The translations under genes were made by a program, and so were the position numbers. From an uncultured Verrucomicrobiota bacterium (GTDB lineage Bacteria > Verrucomicrobiota > Verrucomicrobiia > Limisphaerales > MWDV01), in contig CAZWJC010000001.1 of NCBI GenBank assembly GCA_964634255.1, positions 6,116-70,115 of the forward strand: a stretch of DNA of 64,000 nt, read 5' to 3'. A model generated the notes under the pieces. The model was not told the origin of the DNA and searched no databases. It worked only from the letters and a program-made list of their open reading frames with translations. Shown one piece after another: positions 59,507-64,000 of this stretch; positions within the stretch are counted from its first letter, which is position 1, and each line of letters begins with the position of its first letter.

Positions 59507-62479
59507 TTAGAACTTCTTCGACAGTTCGAAGTAGATGAACCGGCCCATGATGTCGTACGTGCTCTTGTCTGTGTTGTCCTCGCTGGAGGAGGCCATCAGT
59601 GGGGCAATGTTGTCGGTGATATTGTTGCAGCCCACGGCGATCCGGGTGCCGTCATACCATGCCTTGGCAGCCTTGCCCTTGCCGAATTCATAGGCGAGCT
59701 GCATGTCGATCGTGTAGTAGCTATCGATAGTCCACTTCCCGCCATCCAGCGTGTAGTTATTTACCGGTGAGCCACCGCTTTCGGTCATGTCACCCAGGTC
59801 ATCCACTTCGGGGATGTAGCGGGCGTTGATCGTGTAGGTGAAACCCTGGTAATCCCACGACAGCCCCGTGTTGATCACGAAGTCAGGCAGTGTCCCTTGG
59901 GCGCCGCCCGCCGGACCGTTGTCCGTGAACTCGCCGGCGAACTCATACGGACCGCCAATCAGCGGGTCGGAGTACTCGTAGCTAAACAACACGTTGGCCG
60001 CCGCGTAAAGATTGAAGCGGCCGTACTTCTCGGTCGGGATTTCGTAATCCGCGCGGAGATCCAAACCGTCGGTTTCCTGCTGCGCACCGTTCCGGTAGGG
60101 CCGTCCGCCCGTGCCCCAGTTGGCGACCGTGACTTGATTCGGGGCCGTGGTCGTCAAACGCGATCCATCATCAAACCGGAACGAGGGGGCAAACGGGGAA
60201 GCGGAGCCCAAGGCGTTGAGGCTGTCTGCGACCGCCTGTGCCCCGATGCGATACACGTCGTTCTCAGTCTTGATGTGATAGTAGTCCACGCTGAGCGTCA
60301 GGCCGTTGACAAACTTGGGAGAGTAAACAAAACCAAAGCCGTAGTTCTCGGCATCGGCCGGTTCCAACTCGGGGTTGGAAATCCAGTTCATCTGCACCTG
60401 GCCGACGCCACCGGCGTTGATCGTATCATAGCTCACTACGGGCGCACCGTAGAGCTGCCAGATATTCGGAGCGAGGAAGCTCTGCGAATAACTGCCGCGT
60501 AGCGTCAACTGTTTGTCAAACGGCTGCCAACGCACGCCGACTTTCGGCACCGCTTCGTCACCGCCCGGGTCGAAGGATTCGTACCGGCCAGCAGCGGTGA
60601 TTTCAAAGCTCCTGAGGCCAGCGAAATTCTTTTCCTCAGAAGTGATCGGGATGCGGGTTTCGATGAAAGCAGCCCAAGAGTCGCGGTGGCTGGTTGGCGT
60701 CGGGTAGGATGTGTTGCCGCCGACGAGTTTTCCTAAGATCGAGAGACCATCATAGTCAACTCCGAGGGTTTCGCGAAGCATCGAGCCGCCCACGGCGAAT
60801 TGCACTTTCCCGGCCGGCAGTGAGAACGGAGCGCCGGTGACATTTCCATCCAAACCCCACAACTCCGAAAGTCCAGTCTGGATTTGCGAGGCGCGCAGCA
60901 TCTCGATCGTTCGGGGGTCATTTCCTCCCGGGAGCGCAAACGGATTGAAGAGCGGCACCGCACCGAGCGGGTCGCTGAGGGCACTGTAGCCCAAGGCGGC
61001 CAAGCCGGGATCCGGATTTGCCGTGGTTGCCAGTTCCAACGCCGCGGCGTTGACATAGTTCTTCACAGTCTGCACTTGATCGTTGCGGTTGTAGTTGTAA
61101 GCCAACTCGTACTTGTAATCGCCCTCTGATTCGAACGCCCCCTTCAGGCCGGCGACGAAGTGATAAGTATCGCTTTGGTTCTCGTAGTATCGGTTGCCCA
61201 CCTCGATGAAGCGGGTGCGAACGCGCGGCGAGCCGGCGGCGTTTAGCCCCAACGCCTTCTGGAATGGATTGATCGGAGAATCTGCGGCGATCTGCACGCC
61301 GCCGATGGACAGGCTGGACATAGGCGACGGCGCCAGTGCGCCTTCGCTAATTGTGTTTGCATAGAGGAAATTGCCGAAGATTTCCATCTGCTTGCCAAAC
61401 AACTCATGATTGAAATTTGCGAACGCCTGCCGCCGGTCTTGCGACTGGATCGAGTGCGTCCCCAGCAACGTCGTATTAATCAACGGCCAACCCGCGGCGG
61501 CCCCGGAGCTGCCGATCGCCCCATATGCCGCATCCAGCGCTTGGCCCGCAGGCGTGGAGGAAATCGGGATGTAAACGCCCGGATGCGCGGCCAGATAATC
61601 AGCCATGGTGTTGTACGTCACGCCCGGATCCACCGGCGGCCTTGTGATCGCCGGATTGTATCCCGGAGCGCCCACCGCAAACGGCGACCCGGCAAGAATG
61701 TAGTTGTCCACGCGTCCCGGATAGGTCGGGCTGACATAGGTACCCGGGAACACGCCTTTGTTCAGGAGATCGGCAATCCCGTACGAGGCCACGTCGCGAT
61801 CGGCGGACATGAGCGGATCACTCTGGTAGTACTGCACACCGCCCACGAAGGAGCTCTTTTCCGTTGTGAGTCCACCCACGGCATACGCGCGAACTTCGGA
61901 AACATTCCCGTCGCCCGTGGCAAAACCGTAGCGCCCACCCACCTCAACGCCAGACCAGTTCTTCTTGGTGATGATGTTGACCACACCGCCGATGGCCTCG
62001 GAACCGTAGAGCACCGAAGAGCCGTCCTTCAGCACCTCGATGCGGTCAATCATCGCCAGCGGGATGGTGTTCAAGTCCACGGCCGTGCCGCTGCTGAACG
62101 CCGAATTGGCCAACCGCCGCCCGTCCAACAAGACCAGCGTGGGCAAGTTACGAATCGCCACATACGACTCACCGCCACCGCCGTTGTTTTGCGATTGGCC
62201 GACGTTGCCGTTGCCGGTGAACGAAGGGCTCAGTTTCTTCAAGGTTTCCAAGACATCCTGCGAGCCGATCTTTTCGATCACCGTCGTGTCGATCGTTTCC
62301 ACCGGCGTGGCAGTAACCGTTTCAGCGGTGGGGATCAGAGAGCCGGTGACGACAACTGGTTTCATCGTTTCCGGCGCATCGGCATCTTGTGCCCGGGCGT
62401 GCATGGTCAGGGTCAGCAGGGCGCCCGCGATACACGTCACGCCTCCAGCCCCTGTGAGTTTCTGCAATGTACGTTTCAT
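59507..62479 (-). CDS. TonB-dependent outer-membrane receptor
   Basis: 990 aa. Signal peptide, plug motifs (VVVTGS...ETID...I...G..DV.E.L..L, AIRNLPTLVLLDGRR, IDRIEVLKDGSSVLYGSEAIGGVVNIITK) and a terminal aromatic residue (..YFELSKKF). Confidence 0.92.
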   Translation of the reverse strand: MKRTLQKLTGAGGVTCIAGALLTLTMHARAQDADAPETMKPVVVTGSLIPTAETVTATPVETIDTTVIEKIGSQDVLETLKKLSPSFTGNGNVGQSQNNGGGGESYVAIRNLPTLVLLDGRRLANSAFSSGTAVDLNTIPLAMIDRIEVLKDGSSVLYGSEAIGGVVNIITKKNWSGVEVGGRYGFATGDGNVSEVRAYAVGGLTTEKSSFVGGVQYYQSDPLMSADRDVASYGIADLLNKGVFPGTYVSPTYPGRVDNYILAGSPFAVGAPGYNPAITRPPVDPGVTYNTMADYLAAHPGVYIPISSTPAGQALDAAYGAIGSSGAAAGWPLINTTLLGTHSIQSQDRRQAFANFNHELFGKQMEIFGNFLYANTISEGALAPSPMSSLSIGGVQIAADSPINPFQKALGLNAAGSPRVRTRFIEVGNRYYENQSDTYHFVAGLKGAFESEGDYKYELAYNYNRNDQVQTVKNYVNAAALELATTANPDPGLAALGYSALSDPLGAVPLFNPFALPGGNDPRTIEMLRASQIQTGLSELWGLDGNVTGAPFSLPAGKVQFAVGGSMLRETLGVDYDGLSILGKLVGGNTSYPTPTSHRDSWAAFIETRIPITSEEKNFAGLRSFEITAAGRYESFDPGGDEAVPKVGVRWQPFDKQLTLRGSYSQSFLAPNIWQLYGAPVVSYDTINAGGVGQVQMNWISNPELEPADAENYGFGFVYSPKFVNGLTLSVDYYHIKTENDVYRIGAQAVADSLNALGSASPFAPSFRFDDGSRLTTTAPNQVTVANWGTGGRPYRNGAQQETDGLDLRADYEIPTEKYGRFNLYAAANVLFSYEYSDPLIGGPYEFAGEFTDNGPAGGAQGTLPDFVINTGLSWDYQGFTYTINARYIPEVDDLGDMTESGGSPVNNYTLDGGKWTIDSYYTIDMQLAYEFGKGKAAKAWYDGTRIAVGCNNITDNIAPLMASSSEDNTDKSTYDIMGRFIYFELSKKF

Positions 62480-62822
62480 AGGTATGTTTTTGAACTAGGT
62501 TTCCACGGAATCTTGGGGTGGTTCTAGCGGGTCACTCTCTGTGATGCAAGGCTTTTTCTACGGAAAAGTGGCCCAAAGTGCGAAAAGCAGTTGCGGTCAA
62601 AGCCCAGCCGGCTAGACTCTCCGCCTGCCCGCGTGCTAGGTCAATGCTGGTCGTGGGCTGTGTTTCGGTCACGTGTTTGAGTTGAAACCAGGCAAATGAA
62701 TGCTGGTGCTGATAGTCTGAAAAGCGCAGTTCACCGCTGTCCGGAGTTGGGCGGCGGATCGCACCTCCACTCCCCTCCGTGGGGGGAGTAAACCGTTCTT
62801 TGCGCGCCTTGTAGGATTCGTC

Positions 62823-63548
62823 ATGCAAAACACAGCCTCAGTCCCAGCCTCCAGTCAGTACGCGCTGACCTCGGATCTGGCTCGGCTGTGCCTGCCGGCC
62901 GCCACGCGGGATTCCAACCGCAAACTGGCTTACACCAACTCCATCTGCCTGCTCTTTCTGTTGATCGGTTTGATTGGTCTGAAAATGCCGCAACCCTACG
63001 TTCGCCCGCTTCCCGAGGTGGTGGACATTGTGCCGGTAGTCTTCACGCCGCCTGACCAACCGCCGCCCCAATCTCAAGATCAACCTCAAGAACAACCGGA
63101 GGAGACAACCGAACCATCGCTCGATGCGCCCGTGGTAGCTACGGTAGTGGCCGCGGATGCCAGCGCCGTGAAGTTTGCAGTTCCGGTGTCGGGCCCAGTA
63201 ATCCTCGCCCCTGCTCGGTTTGCCTCAGCTCCGCCGCCACAAACGACAAGGCAGTCATCTAACGACCAGCCAAAAAGATATGTTGCCAGTGTGGAGGATT
63301 GGATTGGCGGAAAGAGTGCGCCGGCTTATCCGGCGGTGGCTCAGCGGAATCGTTACGAGGGTAAATGCAGTGTGCTCGTCGTTGTCGATGCTACTGGCGC
63401 GGTCCAATCTGCCTCGATTCAGGAAAAGTCAGGATACAAATTGCTTGATGATGCTGCTGTCGAGCACGTGCAGAAGTATTTCCGATTGCGCAATCCACCC
63501 GGAGAGACGAGAAGCCTCATACTGCCATTCATCTGGCAGCTTAGGTGA
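62823..63548 (+). CDS. tonB: energy transducer TonB family protein
   Basis: 241 aa with an N-terminal TM (ICLLFLLIGLIGL), a Pro/Gln-rich spacer (PPDQPPPQSQDQPQEQPEE) and a C-terminal TonB domain (PAYPAVAQRNRYEGKCSVLVVVDATGAV.S..I...SGYKLLDDAAVE). Confidence 0.8.
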   Translation: MQNTASVPASSQYALTSDLARLCLPAATRDSNRKLAYTNSICLLFLLIGLIGLKMPQPYVRPLPEVVDIVPVVFTPPDQPPPQSQDQPQEQPEETTEPSLDAPVVATVVAADASAVKFAVPVSGPVILAPARFASAPPPQTTRQSSNDQPKRYVASVEDWIGGKSAPAYPAVAQRNRYEGKCSVLVVVDATGAVQSASIQEKSGYKLLDDAAVEHVQKYFRLRNPPGETRSLILPFIWQLR

Positions 63549-63685
63549 CGAGGGTCAGTGATACAGTTATTCGTAGACAAAAAGCGTCTGTCGCCGCTAG
63601 GGTACGGTGATCACAGTTGGAAACTCGAAACGGCATTTGGTGGCCAAGAGTGGTTTCGTGGTGAGCAACGACAAAATACAGATTT

Positions 63686-64000
63686 ATGTTACTAGCCAAC
63701 ATCCTTGTGGAGTACTTCGAAAAGGGTGGCCCGATCATGTGGCCAATTCTCATCACGGGCTTGGTTGCCTGCGCCGTCGTCGGCGAGCGGGTCTTCTGGT
63801 GGACGCGCGAGGGGATGCGGCGGAAACCCGCCGATCTCGAGAAGATATTCGGCGCCATTGAGAGCGGCGATTTTCGCGCGGCGGCGGAGTTCTCCAAGGA
63901 CTCGACCGATCCGGTGATTCGCATGATCTGGCACGGGATGAATCACCATCATTCCTCCCTCCAGGGGGCGCTCCAAGTCGCTGCCGGCGTTGAATTGCAG
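63686..64000 (+). CDS. exbB: MotA/TolQ/ExbB proton-channel protein (3' end cut by window edge)
   Basis: This ORF is not in the track because it has no stop within the window. ATG 63686 is open to base 64000 (105 codons). MLLANILVEYFEKGGPIMWPILITGLVACAVVGERVFWW is the typical ExbB/TolQ N-terminus. Follows tonB. Confidence 0.8.
   Translation, partial: MLLANILVEYFEKGGPIMWPILITGLVACAVVGERVFWWTREGMRRKPADLEKIFGAIESGDFRAAAEFSKDSTDPVIRMIWHGMNHHHSSLQGALQVAAGVELQ

Noticed and set aside
62480-62822. Riboswitch (e.g. cobalamin) or the small ORF 62532-62828 in the 343-bp divergent spacer between the TonB-dependent receptor and tonB
   Set aside because: Some segments are vaguely B12-box-like (minus-strand agtctagccggctggg) and there are GC-rich stems. 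However, the conserved GCCACUG and GGGAA...GGUG..AA.UCC core is not present in recognisable form. The ORF has poor coding character. An Rfam/Infernal scan is needed before any call.

Overview
This is a GC-rich bacterial chromosomal window with about 55 supportable genes. The gene content suggests a PVC-group organism (Verrucomicrobiota/Planctomycetota-like); this is an inference from three ECF sigma factors paired with Hanks-type Ser/Thr kinases, a 2,597-aa lamin-tail/CotH surface protein, a prepilin-type H-X9-DG protein and dispersed GC-rich palindromic repeats.

Housekeeping genes:
- dnaN
- rplM-rpsI
- argC and argJ
- hypA-hypB
- an adenine deaminase plus NCS2 permease pair
- a TonB-dependent receptor with tonB-exbB

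Signalling is heavily represented:
- three sigma/kinase modules
- a fourth ECF sigma with a putative anti-sigma factor
- an FHA protein
- a GAF protein
- a translationally coupled [2Fe-2S]-ferredoxin/PAS/SpoIIE-phosphatase trio

The most unusual stretch is about 36.9-41.9 kb. Reading from high to low coordinates on the minus strand it holds a RAYT-type transposase flanked by REP-like hairpin repeats, a ParD / antitoxin / ParE-RelE cassette bracketed by 67-bp direct repeats, a truncated UbiD-family gene fragment, and a visibly lower-GC two-gene operon (196 aa + 533 aa). I cannot assign either operon protein to a family. The larger one has an Mrr/PD-(D/E)xK-like N-terminus. This operon is my top candidate for an undescribed (defence-like) system.

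The second most interesting signal is that two paralogous kinases each carry a palindromic, repeat-like DNA element in frame within the activation-loop coding region.

Many long ORFs in the track are antisense or out-of-frame shadow ORFs typical of high-GC DNA and were not called. No rRNA, tRNA or CRISPR array was seen.
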